Shown: piece by piece, positions 13,621 to 27,522 of the stretch | How positions within the stretch are numbered: the first letter of the stretch is position 1 | How the letters are laid out: every line of letters starts with the position of its first letter | Assembly (NCBI RefSeq): GCF_000143415.4 | Contig: NW_003314271.1 | Location: 2,609,729 to 2,673,728, forward strand | From: Selaginella moellendorffii | Taxonomy: Eukaryota > Plantae > Lycopodiophyta | Direction: 5' to 3' | DNA length: 64,000 bases | The notes under the pieces: generated by a model | Seen by the model: only the letters and a program-made list of their open reading frames with translations | Database searches by the model: none | What the model was told of the DNA's origin: nothing | Program-made: the position numbers and the translations under genes

Positions 13621-16600
13621 TAAATCACTAGGCCTGAGGTTTAGCATAGAACAATTTTTACATTTCATTTCAATTTCTGTACATGTGAAAGTTGGATGCA
13701 AAGATTAGATAAATTTTAGAAATTATAACTTTGAAAATCCAATTTTTAAATCTTATGGTATATCATTTTTTTAAATATCTTTTGGACATTCAGCTGAGGT
13801 GGTAGCATTATTTAAAATCTGGGGTGCAATATCCTGTTAGATGCCATGTGGCCAGAGGGTTTAGAGTTTAGCTTGCCACTCTGATTGTGTGATTTGTGGC
13901 TTGCTTACATTCTCCTATCTTCTATTGGGCAATCACAAAAGTAACTCTACAAGCAAGTAGGCTTATGATGAACAACAAGATTCTTGTATAGACCAAAGCC
14001 AAATTGATGGAGGGCTATAAGATAGGTTTGAAAAGAAGTTAATTGCATCACTATTTATCTATAGGCTAGATTTGTATGTATCCCATAAAAAGTGTGCAAA
14101 AGGTTGAATCACTCCTTTGTTAAATTCTTCTATAACATGAGAACTTCAAAATTTCTTATGGATGGAAAACTAAGGGATGTAGCCATACTAAGAGCTGTAT
14201 TGACTCACATTTATCCCGAGTGAGTTCAACATTGGAGACTTGAACTAATTCTTTGCATCCTATTCAATGTTGAGACAGTAAAAGAGTTATCTTTTACATT
14301 TCTTTATATGAAATAATTGTCATTGATTTTTGAAAAGCACTACAAGCTAGAGCCTCAGGGGCTTTACTTACATAACATCATTGATGGTGGCTTGTTAAAC
14401 AACTTATAATTCTTTTTTTTTCTATGCAAAAACTCACTATATAAGAAGCATGGTTGTTACAATGATCAAGGGCCCACTCTATATAAATGCTATTGAGAAA
14501 TACAGAATGGTCAAATGTATATATGGTGCATGATTGGGTAGGGGAGTTCAATGACATGGGAGGGCAAAATTCATATTGTTCATCCATGCACAACTAGGTT
14601 AAACTACCTCTTGAGAATAAGTGTGTTTGTTCCCAATGAATTGAGCACTTCTGGATTATGGAGATATAATGCAAGGTGATATGGTATTGGATCTAAACAA
14701 AAAATTGATAACAAACTAACTCAAATTACCCAAATCATAAATTTTTATTAAAATAACTGCAGAATTTTGAGTTTTTGTTAATAATAATTGATTTTGATAA
14801 ATGAAATTTTAAAAGTTTTGACCAATTCCTAGTACTATTGTAGCATGCAATAACCCTACTTCAAGACTATGCTACTTACCATAGAGTGTCACTTTCTTAT
14901 TGATATAAGCAACAAGTGGCATATTCATAGCATACTTGAGGTTTTTATGTCAATTTCTTGTAGTGGCTTGAACATATCAACACTTGAAATCTAGACATGA
15001 TCACAAGAAGGCATGGATATTATGCTACACACATCTACTTGAGAGTTCCAGCCAAACAAGCACAACTTAAGGTAAGGTACATTGAAATTGCATGCATCTA
15101 ATCCAAGATTCTATAGTTTAATAGTACTGCTACAACAGAAGATATTATCCCACAAAATGGTGTTTGAGAACCCCACACACTTATACATATGGATAAGGTA
15201 TGGGAGAATTAATACATCTCTGTGATATTGTGTTCAAAAGTAACATTCAAAGTCACCATTTCCATCAAATACTGGTATTGCACTATACACTCACACATGA
15301 GTTTCTATAAACATCCATCATTGCTTGAACTTGGTGTGTACTTGGAGTCTCCTACAGCATCCCTAAGGAAAGAAAAGACACATACATGACTCTTCTTTTT
15401 GCTTAGAGGCCTGTGTAGCTCTACAATTGAAATTAGTACTACATATATTTATTATAATAAGAATATTGACACGTTGCTACTCATACTACCTTGCTCAACC
15501 CATATATTGCTTCTCTCTCAATGCTCCAAACACTGGGCAATTCTCAATAGCACACCAAAACTTGTGTGCAACTTGCTTTACATCTCTTTAGTGCTCTTCG
15601 ACTTGTATGGTTGAGGAGCACGTGAGTGCCTTTGGAAGGTAGGGGTTTGTATGTGGTGATGTGGTGGTGGTGGAGGAGAGACCTTGTAGCTTGCATATAG
15701 CTTGATAGTCATATATTGGCCATAACTAAGATATTATATATTGTAGCTCCTTTGTTGTGAATGCACGCACTATAGACTAGAACCACTCCTTCATGTTCAT
15801 CAAGATGCTCACCCCAGAGCAAATCATAAGCCACTCCTCTATGAAGAATAAAAGCTTATAAGTCAAAATGAGGGAGAATTGCAATAGACTCTACAAGCAC
15901 AACATGAAATTACATATTGCAAAGCTAGTCTAGATATGTTGTAAATGATGTATATCATCTATTGGTTGGTAGGGAGAGATACTGTGACAATATGATACTT
16001 GAATCCAGTGTACAACACACTTGTCACGATTTTGGACTCAGAAAAGAGAATCTAATGCTCTTTGCCACTTCCAATGTCTCATACACTTTAGCCCTGCTTG
16101 ATAGTCAATAGGAGTGGGATATATATTCTTTAATGCACTCATTCTTTCACTGACTCAAGGTTCTCTGCTAGCCTAGGACATCTTCAACTTGTACACATCA
16201 CATGGAATCCACAACATTCCAAGCAAGGAGTGTAGAAGTGCAGGTCCCTCTCAAAAATGCACCATTATACATGCAATATCTATTACACATGCATTGCATA
16301 TTGCATGCAACAATGTGCATTTGCTCTCAACTTGCAATTTCAACAAAAAGACGTGAAATATAAGGATGCCAACTACATATATTTGGTGCAAGGACATGCA
16401 TTTAAGTGTAGCAAAGAAGTTTGACAACTACAATACCTTGTTATATTCATCTTTGGGGAAGTCATCCTTGCATAGAACAATGACATGTGAGGTTTTGCCT
16501 CCCTTGTGGCATGTAAAATATATACACAAAATGAAGGGAAATTGGCTCTATGCAGCTTCAAACACTTGTGTTGTCAGCCTGCCAACATCTTGCATCTTGT

Positions 16601-17235
16601 TCTCAACAAGCATTTAACCTCTTAAGAATCAATAATAGACAAAGTACATGTGCTCTTTGAATAGGGACAAAAACCCATATACTCAATGCCTAAGTAGACC
16701 TGCAGATACTAACATGAGAGGTGAAGAGCATTGACAATGGAAAATTTAAATGACATGCTTCGTATGAATGACTTGCTGCATATGTCGCATCAAAATAGTC
16801 ACCCAAGGAGATCATGATGTAATTTTTGCAACCTCACTTAGTGCAGCCTCATGGAGCTCTTATTATGTTAGTGCTTCTTCCAATGGGTGCAAGAGGCCTG
16901 AGTGATTAGGAGCTGTTGTTTGAAGAGATGCATTGGGACCACAAGTTTCCACCACTTGATCTACCAAGTCATGGTGAGCTCTTTCACTTTTATAGCAACT
17001 GAATCAAGAATAGGCTCCCAAAAAGTTGCATCTGGAGAGCCATATTCTTCAATGACCTCTATCAAATTTGCCGCCAGACATGCGACCAACTTGCACTGAA
17101 TCTCAGCACCTTTGCCAATGCCAAGGCATAGCTCAAGGTAGCTCAAGGCAATGATGCCACTCCAAGGCTGCAATAGTGATGTCTGAAGTCCTCACTTTAC
17201 ATATCCCTTTTCACAGCATCTAGATGCGCTCACAT

Positions 17236-17567
17236 TGATACCAAATGTAAGTTTTTGAATTTGAACTTCCTGAGAGGTTAGTAAACTAGACTTGCTAGAT
17301 ATTAATTTCAACATATAATGTGATTCCTATAACCAACTAATAGAGTTGGACCCAAGACCTCTCTATATGAAATATAAACTCTTGAATTTGAACTTTTTAA
17401 AAGGTTATCCAACTTAATATTACTCAAACCCAAGGATGCTTAAACCTAAGTACTCTAAAACCCTTAACCGATTGAAAAAAAAGATGTACTCTTGTTTATA
17501 ACCCTTTTCTCTATATATTTGAAGCTTTATGAACTATTTCTCGATTTATTCTTTTTAGTTGTTTACA
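17236..17567 (-). mobile_element. TRIM family B remnants (PBS plus LTR start, internal segment, full LTR)
   Basis: GATACCA-AA-TGTAAG (reverse-complement PBS next to LTR start); second LTR ~17372-17567 ends TTGTTTACA and is homologous to 886-1079. Confidence 0.55.
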
Positions 17568-20500
17568 AAAGTAAGGCACTAAAAGTGAGGTGCATCCATG
17601 TATTAAAATATTTCTCACTCACATTCCAAGCTCATAGCATGCTCATTCACAGCTATTAATTGATCTTCAACACCTCCATTGATCACTTCACATGGATTGA
17701 TTGAGCAAAGTGGGGTCTCTATAGGATTGTCTTTATTAAAAAACATTGTCAATCACTTGTGGTTTATAACAATAGCAATGGCTAGTCCAACAAACCTAGC
17801 AAGGATGAAGGTGAAAAACAGAAGAAAGAATCACTCACCAACATCTACAACCTACTCTTACAGATAATCTTTAACTAGAACTCATCCTTCTCCTTTTTCC
17901 CCCTTTTTCTTCTTATTGTTTTGATTGACATGGTTTGATTCCTTCTTTTTCCTTGTAGTGAGTATGCTGGCACTACATGCAAGCCATTAGCAGCAAGCCA
18001 GTGGCAATGAGCTGCATAAGTAATATGATCTGTAACTAGAATTGAATTAATGATCTTGATTACTTGTTGATGTGGCATTTAGACAGTGAGCATTTATGAT
18101 CCATGTAGATAGTGACTTGGCATATTGATGTGGCAAAACTATGATTATGTGAGAAAGTGTAATGGCAAATTCATAATTAAAAATGTTTGAAATTTAATGT
18201 GTAATGAATGGCGAGAGTCTCACTTTTATAATTCACAAGGTTAAAAATGTGATGTCAATTATAATTCTATTGTGAATTTTCAAGAATCCATACCAATTCA
18301 ACTAGATTTTCAGTGATAAAGATTTTTCTTGTGATCTGATATGATTGATGCCCCTTTTAGTGTGTTCAGCTCCATTTCCCACCCACCTCATCTTCATCAC
18401 TAATATTGTCTTGCTCTTTATATGCCTCATCAATATGCAGTAGCACAGGTGGAGTGTACACTTAGAACATGTAGAGTCTAGGTTGGACATCATCTATATC
18501 CAATGCAAGAGTCTTATATGAGAGTGCTAAGAAGAACTATACTAAGGTGCATAACATAGCTGTACTCAACTCAAGGCCATTTGTGGAAATGGAGTATGTC
18601 TTGGAGAAGCATTTGTATAATGTATTTATAGAGTAGATAACCATTGATTCTTTATTTTAAATTTATTTTCTTCTCTATGGCTATAAATGAGATTTAAAGT
18701 ATTATAGTTTGTTTTGAATCTATGCACAATCCCAAGAAAAGCATAGCTTTTCCAATATCTGATTTATTCAATTGACACATAAGTAATCCTTTCTTTAGGT
18801 TTTTTTTCTTGTAACATTGTATTTCCCTTTAGAATTAAGCTCTCTCAAAAGATTTTTCCTACATGCCTCTTTTGACATCGATTGACTCATTACATTCTTA
18901 TCACAAACATTTTATGTAACTTATAATTTCTAGCCCTTCAAGTGGAAAGGTCTTATTGTTGTCTCCATAGCCCAGTTTAGTGTCAGATACCTCACAACAT
19001 AACATAATTGAGCAATATACATACTCTAAACTAATATATTGATGAAAAATTAAGACGCTTATAGTATTTTTTCATGGTTGGCTTGATAAAATCCAAGCTA
19101 TCTAGAACTGATCACTAAAGATGTTAGATTGCCAAAATTCCACCCATAGCTGAGTGAATTTCTCACTATAAATTGTACTCTTAAGGCCCTTAGCAATAAC
19201 TCTACTTCACACATGAGGGAGTAACTTGTGTTATATATTTGTGTGGTACAAAGTTGGGAAGTCTTCTAAGAGGATTGAGACAGTTCAAGGGAGAATTTCA
19301 CAACCTTCTAATGGCAATATAATGGCTCTCATCAATAAAGAAGTGTTTTTTATCTCTTTCTTACAAAAGTATGACAATGGGGCAATTGGGGCAATTGCAC
19401 TTAGCACCTTAAAGCCCTTATTCTACTAGTTTTAGAGTGGCTTATAACTGGTAATGTAAATATAGTAGCCCAAAGTTGTCCCCTCCAAACTTCATTATCA
19501 CAACCTACTCAACACAACATAAAATTTGGCTCCTTAGCTTGATCAATTAGTCTTTTCAGTTAGTAAGTGAGTTGGGTAGCCTTAGAATCACTTGGCCTCT
19601 CCTATTGTAGCCACTTCTACATTTCTTGGAGGAGTTAGTTGGACCAAGCCACATGGCAGATTTGGATATTCTAGGGATATATAAATGAATTTGAGTCTGA
19701 CTATTGAACATATCTTGGGTTAATGGTATATATATTATCATACAATATCCTATAAGAGCTCAACAATAAGTAAAACTCTTAAGCAAAACTCTCAACAACA
19801 TTTATTTGGCAAAACAACTCCTTTATAAAACTCTCTAGCAAAACTCCACAAATACAAATGTTTTGCATTGCTCTTGGGCCATTCATCTCCAATATATGAT
19901 TCCATTATAAAGCTTAAAGCCAACCTGTAAACACAGATATATGTTATATGTAGTAGTGTTTGCAATAAAACTATTCTTTGCAAAACAATATTCTGAAAGC
20001 TTTTTAACTCTAAAATCACAAGACTATAAGCACTATTGCCATGATCATAGTAACTATTTAATGTTGTATGTAGCAAATCAAATTTATTAATTTTGTCACC
20101 ATGAAGATTTAATTGTTGATAGAAATTGTATGATGTTGGCAATCAATTCCACTATTTTCTTGAATATAAAATAATAAACAAGAAATAAAAATAAAAAGTA
20201 ATTAATGATACCTTTAGGTTTCTCACAAGAGGAGAGATTGATAAGAGTGGTCTAATAGATGACATAATAACATCTAAGAATGTGCACATGGAGATCTCTT
20301 GCCTGCCAACTACCCATAGCATGAAAATAATTCATTTGGAGGAGCAACACTTGGAGGTACAATACTTGGAGCTTGCAAACTTTCAAGCTCCAAACTTGGA
20401 GTTTAGAGAAGTTGAAATTAATAGTGTTATTTCAGAAATTTCTCACTTAATTAGAAATAGCTTGTTTTAATGTTTTCCCCTCCTCATGAAGGTGGTGACC

Positions 20501-21551
20501 TCTTCTTCCTAGCTTCCAGTGATTTCAACCTTGAGGAAGTATACTGCTTCTGCTTGAAGTTGGCGACATGCAGCATGTCCACTTTGTTGCCAAGGGACTC
20601 CTGAAGGTTGAGAGACATGTCTTGATGAAGCTCCATGGGCAAAACCTCCACATGAAAGATTGGGAGCTCCAATGGTGCAAGCTGTTTTTCCAATCCATGC
20701 CAAGGATACACATCAAGAAACTTGAAAAAATTGAAATGAACTTTTGTTTTCCTCAAATGAAACCATGTTTCTAAGCTTTGGAGATCAAATTGTAAGAGCC
20801 CCAAGTTTACTTGTAGCTCACAATGCTCTCTAGCTCATATAGCATTATTGTTTGTGTAATTGTTTTTCTTATTCCTTGACTAACTAGGTAAAATATGGGA
20901 AGTTCAATTGATTTATGAACAATTCATCATAGAATTTTATTATCAAGCTCAACTGGTTCATAAATTGGCTCATGACTATATGGATGTAAAAGAAGCTACA
21001 ACTCAGGCCCACATTACAGTGGTAGTGTGCAAGATTTGACATTGAAAAATTGTATAAAACCTCTATGCCATTTATATAGATTTTATTTTGTGTTTTTAAC
21101 TGTTTTAATGTTAAATTTTATTGAACATAAGAAAGCAAAGCAAATTATTATAAATATTCATATTTTATTTATATGGCCAGCTAAAATTTTATAAGAATTC
21201 AATTGAAAAGATAAAAACATACTTTTTATTCATTCCGATGCTTTAATATATCTTGAAATAATATATCTTTGCTTAGACAAAGCAAGAAGAAAAAAGGTGA
21301 TAAGTGGTCTTGCTTTTTCTGATAGTGTTAATGCATGCTCCAAAATTTTACTTTTTACTTGATAGTGGTCATAAACAATTTAACTATTTGACAGCACTTC
21401 CAATAATAAGCATGAGAATGGAGGGTTTAAATATGATATATTCAAGGATTTGAAGTGAATAATTCATTCATTAACTGTTTAGAGGGTCATTGTGGCACCC
21501 AGAGGATAATGCTATAAAGAATATACCGTACTTGATAGCCCTAAACTCGCG

Positions 21552-22356
21552 ATGGCAGGCGCAGTTGGATTGTCAAACGGAGGCGGCCTCAGGTTGGCGA
21601 TCTCCTTGTTCGTCATCTTCGTCCTCGTTTGCTTCATGGGCATCCAAGATCTGCGTGCTCACCGGGACAGGGAGTCCAAAAATGCCGAACTAGATGCCAT
21701 GTTCCGCGATCTCCAGGTACCTCACTTTTGATGTTTAGTCCCATCACCTACATGCTTCGCTTTCCAAAACCAAAAAATTCTCCTCCAAAACAAAACACAC
21801 ACATGTTTAGGATGCGAGAAGATCCCACGACGAGCTCCAGAAAAAGGCCTCGGATCTCAACGACGAGAAGCTGCAACTGGCCGCAGTCAAGTCCAACACC
21901 AGCACCATGCTGATCCAGTCGGAGCGCAAGCAGCAGCTTCTGGGCGAGGAGAAAACGAGGCTGGAGGCTGCTCTGGGTGACAAAGACATCCAGATCGCCA
22001 CACTCAAGGAGCAGCTCAAGGAGTTGGACGAGAGCGAAAAGGAGGTGGTCAAGCTCCGCAATCACTTGAAGGCTCTGGAGGACCAACTGGAGCTGTTCAA
22101 GGCAAACACGACGACTGGCTCCAGGCAGGAATCGCGCGAGGAGCCCAGGGAGGAGGCCCAGAAGCAGCAAGGCGAGGATTTGGATCACGGATTGGTGGCT
22201 GCGGATAAGGCCGAGGTCGGCGTCACGGAGGGTGATGCAGACCTCGAGGCAACCAAGAGCGAGGAGGTTGATGACAGGAAGCGGGAACAGCTTGATGGCG
22301 AGGGTGACAAAGTGGATGAGGATTTGGATGCTGCGAAAACGATCCAGGATGCCTAG
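21552..22356 (+). CDS. Uncharacterised type II membrane coiled-coil protein; 2 exons
   Basis: MAGAVGLSNGGGLRLAISLFVIFVLVCFMG TM segment, phase-0 intron 21717-21810, then long E/K/Q/L heptad region and acidic tail. Confidence 0.75.
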
Positions 22357-22516
22357 GAGGAGCTCCGGATAAGGTGGAAAGAAGATAGAATAGACAGAGA
22401 TGATGACACTTCAGACTAGCTAGAGCCAAGTCTCGCAGTTTTGGTGACCTGTTGTAAGTGAGTGACATTGTTAAAGAAGAAAGGAAACCAACAAACTTTA
22501 CCTTGTAGACACTGTT

Positions 22517-23840
22517 TCATTTCCATGGATCGTCCCAGTCTTTCGAGCTCTCTCTCTTTATAAAGTCGACGACAGCACGAACAGCCTCTTGGATCCGGTT
22601 GGTGAGGCTGTGATTGCCCCATATTTCAACGGCTGTGGCTCCCATGGCAGCGCACAACCTGCAGAAAAGAAGGGAAATAAGTATTACATCGTGGAAACAT
22701 GTTGATGCTTACCGCTTGACAAGGTTGTGCTTGTTCACGTAGTCCGGAACGTATTCATCGGCCATGGAAAAGATAACCTATGAAGCAAATTAATCGTAAA
22801 TGTTTTAGAGCAGATCCATCACACCTGGCAAGGAAGCTTTGACATATGCTCAAGCCTAACACGAAGCTGCTCATCGGAGAGGTCAGAGCTGAACATGTCA
22901 TCGTCTCCCATATATCCAGCAAGCGAGCGGAAACTATACCAAGATATAAACTCGAAAGTTTTCTCAAAAAGTTCTCATTGTAAAGTTCCATACCGATGAG
23001 CAGTGATAGGAGCAGCTGGTTCAGCCCCGCGGGGCATCAAATCCAATTCTCTTCCCTCCTTGATCATTTCATCAGCCAAGTCGATCATTGCGGCTGTCCC
23101 AGGCAACGTTGCTCTGTACTCTCTATCACTTACAGGAGCCTACGGAATAAAAGAGAAAAATGGAAGCACGAAAAACATACACAGCGTCGTGTTACCTGAA
23201 GGATAGCTCCTCGGACGGCTTTCATGCAAATCCCACCCTCTCGTAAGTAATAAACAATATCCTGTACTAACCGCAAAGTTGGAACAATAGACAAAAGAAT
23301 TCCAGTAAGTAGAACCTGACAGCCCGTGCTGTGCCCAAGCAGCACCACACCATGAGAATTTTCTTCGTTGATTAAATAGTTGATAAGCTGCTCCAGCTCC
23401 TGTGCATCCTAGAGACTCGAAAAACCCGAAGATAAACATTCACTCGCAGCAAAGGAGACGAATCTAAGCACCTGTTTCAAAGAAGAAGTTCCATAGCCAG
23501 AATACGACGACGATAAAAGGCACTGGACCAGCGACCACCTTTCACTCTCGAGAGCTTTAGCAAGAGGAAGTAGATACCTGAAATGCCGAAGGAAGAAACA
23601 GAAGAATCATTGTGTTAAAGTAGCGAATGCATTTAGAAAGCTACTCTGTCGCAAAGAAGCCGTCTGTCAATCCCCCGATGAAAATCACTTGCTGCTGGAA
23701 CGATCCAGTCCGAAAGGCAACCTTGTCTCGCAGCAAAATCCGCGCGATTCAATCCAAAACAAGCTAGAGAATCCCAATACCTGGACTGGCTTGGGCCCAT
23801 ACTTGAACAGCGTGCCCTGCATTTGCGTTTTCGGAGCCAT
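22517..23840 (-). CDS. UPF0613/DUF1749 alpha/beta-hydrolase; multi-exon
   Basis: GTLFKYGPKPVQ, FIGGLTDGFF, GHSTGCQD nucleophile elbow, LQAPVSDREYRATLP, GDDDMFSSDL, C-terminal WDDPWK. Confidence 0.88.
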
Positions 23841-24092
23841 GGCGACCTCCGCCGCCTCCGAAGTAGCTGCATTCCCCGTTGCTCCCGCCGAAAGATTGAC
23901 ACGGGCGGCACCGCCTGGCTCTCTCTCTCTCTCTCTCCCTCAAGAGCCCTAAATCCCTAAAAATCCTATAAGCATCTTTTTCAAACTCAGGAGCATATCC
24001 GGCATATTCTAAGAAATTATGCGCATCTATAGTTTAAATGTGATCCTTTGCTCGTGGTGTGTGTGTACATTGGCTCGTTTCGTCTCTATATG

Positions 24093-26751
24093 CTATTGAA
24101 TCCCCGTCTTCGCTGCTTTGCCATGGCCTCTAGAGCTATCGCTGCTGCTGCTACACGCCCCCCTCCCAATTCTCGGGCTCTCTCCTTCCTCGTTCGACAA
24201 AAACTCGCTACTGCTCGCCTCCCGCTTCCTATGGCTCTTGACGCTCTGGAAGTAGCCAACGCCACCACCCGGCTTAGCACCCTTTTTGCTGCCATCGCTC
24301 GCTTCCTCCGCGATCTCGCTCGAGCAATCATCGCGCAAGGATTTCTCCTCGGGTGCTGTGAGCTCGGACGATGGAAGCTCTTGCTGCTGCTGTTGTTGCT
24401 GAGATAATCCAGCTTCCTGTTGTTGGTGCTGCTGCTGCTGCTGCTGCCAGGTCCAGGGAGCTTGATTTTCCTGGAGGCACGGGATGTTCACCGCGGAGCC
24501 AGTGCTGTTGTTGCTACTGTTGCTGTTGTTTGCACTGTTGCTGCTGCTGCGCTTGTGGAACAGGAGATTTGCGATTGTCCGGTCGATGGGATTGGTCTCG
24601 GTTTCCAGCAGTGGATATCTGCACGAGAAAATTTGGTTCTTTTCGCTTTCAGTCACGAGAAAATGCAGACCAGGAAAGAACGACCTGATAGCTCTACTCA
24701 GAGAGTTGTCGCCCGCCGAGTTATTGGAGCCTTCGCTGCTGCTCGGGCCATCAGAAGTGTGACGAGTTATGGCGCTTCTCGCAAGCCGATAGAGCGCATC
24801 CCGGATGCAAATCCTCGTTCCTACGTCCAGCTGCGACAAACAAAACTTGTAAGAACCGGAGCAAAGCTACGGCGTGTCCAACCTTAGACATTATGCCGAG
24901 AAGCTGACTGACAACTGCGCTGTCCACAACTGTAGCTCGCGCTCCATCGCCATCTTCCGACTTCACATTCGCCTTGTCGTCTGCATCTATAGGCGTCTCG
25001 CTCCGAGCTCCTTGCTGTGGCGTGCACGGATCCATGGAAAGTCCACACTGCTTGGCCATCTGCTGGTGCTGCTCCGACGCTAATCTGTGCATCTTTTGTT
25101 TCCACCGCAGTTTCTCAATCTTCTCTTGAGGCGTCATGTTTGTTCCGGACAACGACGGCGGCGGCGGGGGCGCTAGTTTCTGCCTTGTTTCCTGGCCGAA
25201 CCTTTGTTGCTCGGCTTGATCGTAGCACATCATAACGGCTTGCGAATGCTGTGACTGCGCTGGTTGAATCATATAAGAAGAATGGTGGACTGGGCCAATG
25301 TACTGCGGCCTGTGATGCATGGTTCCCAGCACTGCCGGTCCGGTAACATGAGGATAGACCTGCAGAGTTGAAGCTACAGTTGGTTTTAGCTGCAACGGCT
25401 GGGACGAAGAAAATTGAGTTGAAGGTTGCTGTTTCGCATAACTGATGCCAGGTCTCTTCGGGTAAATTTGCTTTCTGGATCGCTCATCACTGCGTTTTCT
25501 ATTGGATGCTTGTCTCTTTCCTGGATGAGCCTGCCATAGTCATGTTACTTCAGAAAAATCAGTGCCATGAAAAAAAAATTAATCACCTTGTCTGTGTCAG
25601 AGACCTGTTGTTTCCCTTTTGGGGACAAGAGCGGCTCCATGGAATCCTCCGCTGGAGTCTTGCATATCGAAACAATGGTCAGCACAAGAAGAATTCAGGT
25701 GAATAGATTTTTACCGGTACCTTGTCAATGTCGCCTCGCTGCTCCTCGTGAGCTGCAAACTTTAGCTCGGCAGTCGAAAGATCAGTCGCTGCACTTTCAC
25801 CATCGGCAATGCTTGCGCATGCGTCCGAGTTCTTGTCAAAGCTCTCGCACGGAATAAACTCCATTTTCATGTCCTGGTCGTGCGACTTTCCCTTCATCGC
25901 TCTCAACTCCGGGCTGGCACAGGCCGCTTTGGCATTTGTTACCGGAGAGTTGGAGTCTGGAGACGAAGATGAAGCGGGCCACTGAAGCAAAGCATCGGTG
26001 GCATCTTGAGAAAATGGTGCTTCCTCGCTTCTGTTAGAAAAGTGAAGCAAAGAAACAAAAGTTTAGAACGAAACATGACGATGCCAAACTAATGCACACT
26101 AACCTAAGAAGCGTCAAGTTTCTTACTGAAATAGATTGTCCATGTCCTCGAGGTTCTCCCATGCGTAACTTAGTAGAGCACTTCCTTTTCCAGCGTCGCT
26201 TTCACCGCCAAACAGCGTCATCTCCTCCTCGCTTGGAACAGCCGAGAAAGCAAAGTGCCCGGCGTCGCCATCGTTGTACTCGTTAAGACACATCACCACG
26301 CCTCCATCCAGCAGTGGCAAAGCATCCGGTGACTCCTCCTTCAAATGGTTTCCAATGCCTGTGAGATTGTCTGGAACGGCCCCAAGCTCCCCTACGTTGA
26401 GACTGTCCCAGCTATCCACGTCCATGGTCGTGGCCTCGGCATCCATTTTCGATGTCTGTTCTTCCTCTTTTAACTCCTTCCAGAGCTTTGGGTCTTTCTT
26501 TCTTCTCAGCCACAATGACGGCGCCCGTTCGTCAGGCTCTGGCACGCTGTGATCGTCGCCACCGAAGTCATCCCAAGCTATTTCATCGAACTGTCACAAA
26601 CGAAGAACCCATTCAATCCGAGGCACTGAAGGAAAGTAATTGTTTTTGTTCTAAAGGTACTCACAGAAGACCAAGTGGATTTCGTGTCCAGTGCCTCAAA
26701 TCCTCGACCGCGAATGTGTTCATGGCCTCCTTTGCTCTCAAAATCTGTCAT
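24093..26751 (-). CDS. LNK: LNK (night light-inducible and clock-regulated) family transcriptional coactivator; multi-exon
   Basis: N-terminal IAWDDFGGDDHSVP, YAWENLEDMDNLF, MTPQEKIEKLRWKQKM, QLDVGTRICIRDALYRLARSA and ETETNPIDRTIANLLFH motifs; start codon inferred from splice phase. Confidence 0.88.
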
Positions 26752-27099
26752 TCTAGGCCTATTTCCCCATCGGGGGCGATGCCGCTAGGTCCAAAAGGAA
26801 CAGTAGCTAGATTCTTGCTACCGATGTGAGAGATTTAGGAGCTCCTACACTGTTTGGCGATCGAGAAACCCTCACCTCGCGCAAAATATTTTCCCAGATT
26901 GCAGAGGAATCCCTCAAGAAAAAGGCGGCCGGCGCATTCGAGCGCTATGCCGCCGCCGCAGCGCCGCTACCGCCTCTACCGCCTCTACCGCCTAGGAACG
27001 CGAAGAGCACACCGCCATCGCCGCCACATTGCAAAAGCCCGGGACACATTCCATGGATGGATGTGGTATCATCATCATCCATCGCAACATGGTAACACA

Positions 27100-27320
27100 T
27101 GCTCGTATCCACACAAACTGGTCCGACGTGGCGCCCATTTTTACTGCATGCCGTACGCACTGGGACTGGCCCATGGCCAGTCCGCCTGCCACGTGGAGTG
27201 GACGGATCTCGCAACGAGTGGCTACCATTCATCCTCGCGATCCTTTTATTGGCGGGAGATCTTCCACGTACTATTTGACTAGCGCTGACTTTCTAGGGCG
27301 GGTTTTAGGGCTCTTGGACG
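27100..27320. promoter_or_regulatory. Divergent LNK/PPR promoter region with G-box/ACGT elements and a telo-box-like motif
   Basis: GCCACGTGG (~27188), CGACGTGGC (~27124), TCCACGTA (~27263), GGGTTTTAGGG (~27300); G-boxes fit light induction of LNK genes. Confidence 0.45.
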
Positions 27321-27522
27321 CAATGGATGTTTCTTGAGCGCCCAGGCAAATGGTAAGGGCAGATTGCGAAGGGATCACAGATTTTACTTGCCTTTGAGCA
27401 GGATCGTACCGCATTCTTTGAATTTCTTTCGCTGGAAGCGAAAAATCGACCAAAACCATGCTGCAAATCCCAAGGATGGACGGAGTTTCGCTTCTTTCTT
27501 TACTTTGCTTGTAGCTCGCGAG

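Larger units (their letters stand above)
10500..21480. mobile_element. ~11 kb AT-rich, CpG-depleted block of nested, decayed transposable elements
   Basis: Sharp compositional shift from flanking genes; only stop-riddled reading frames; contains gypsy pol and small-LTR remnants. Confidence 0.75.
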
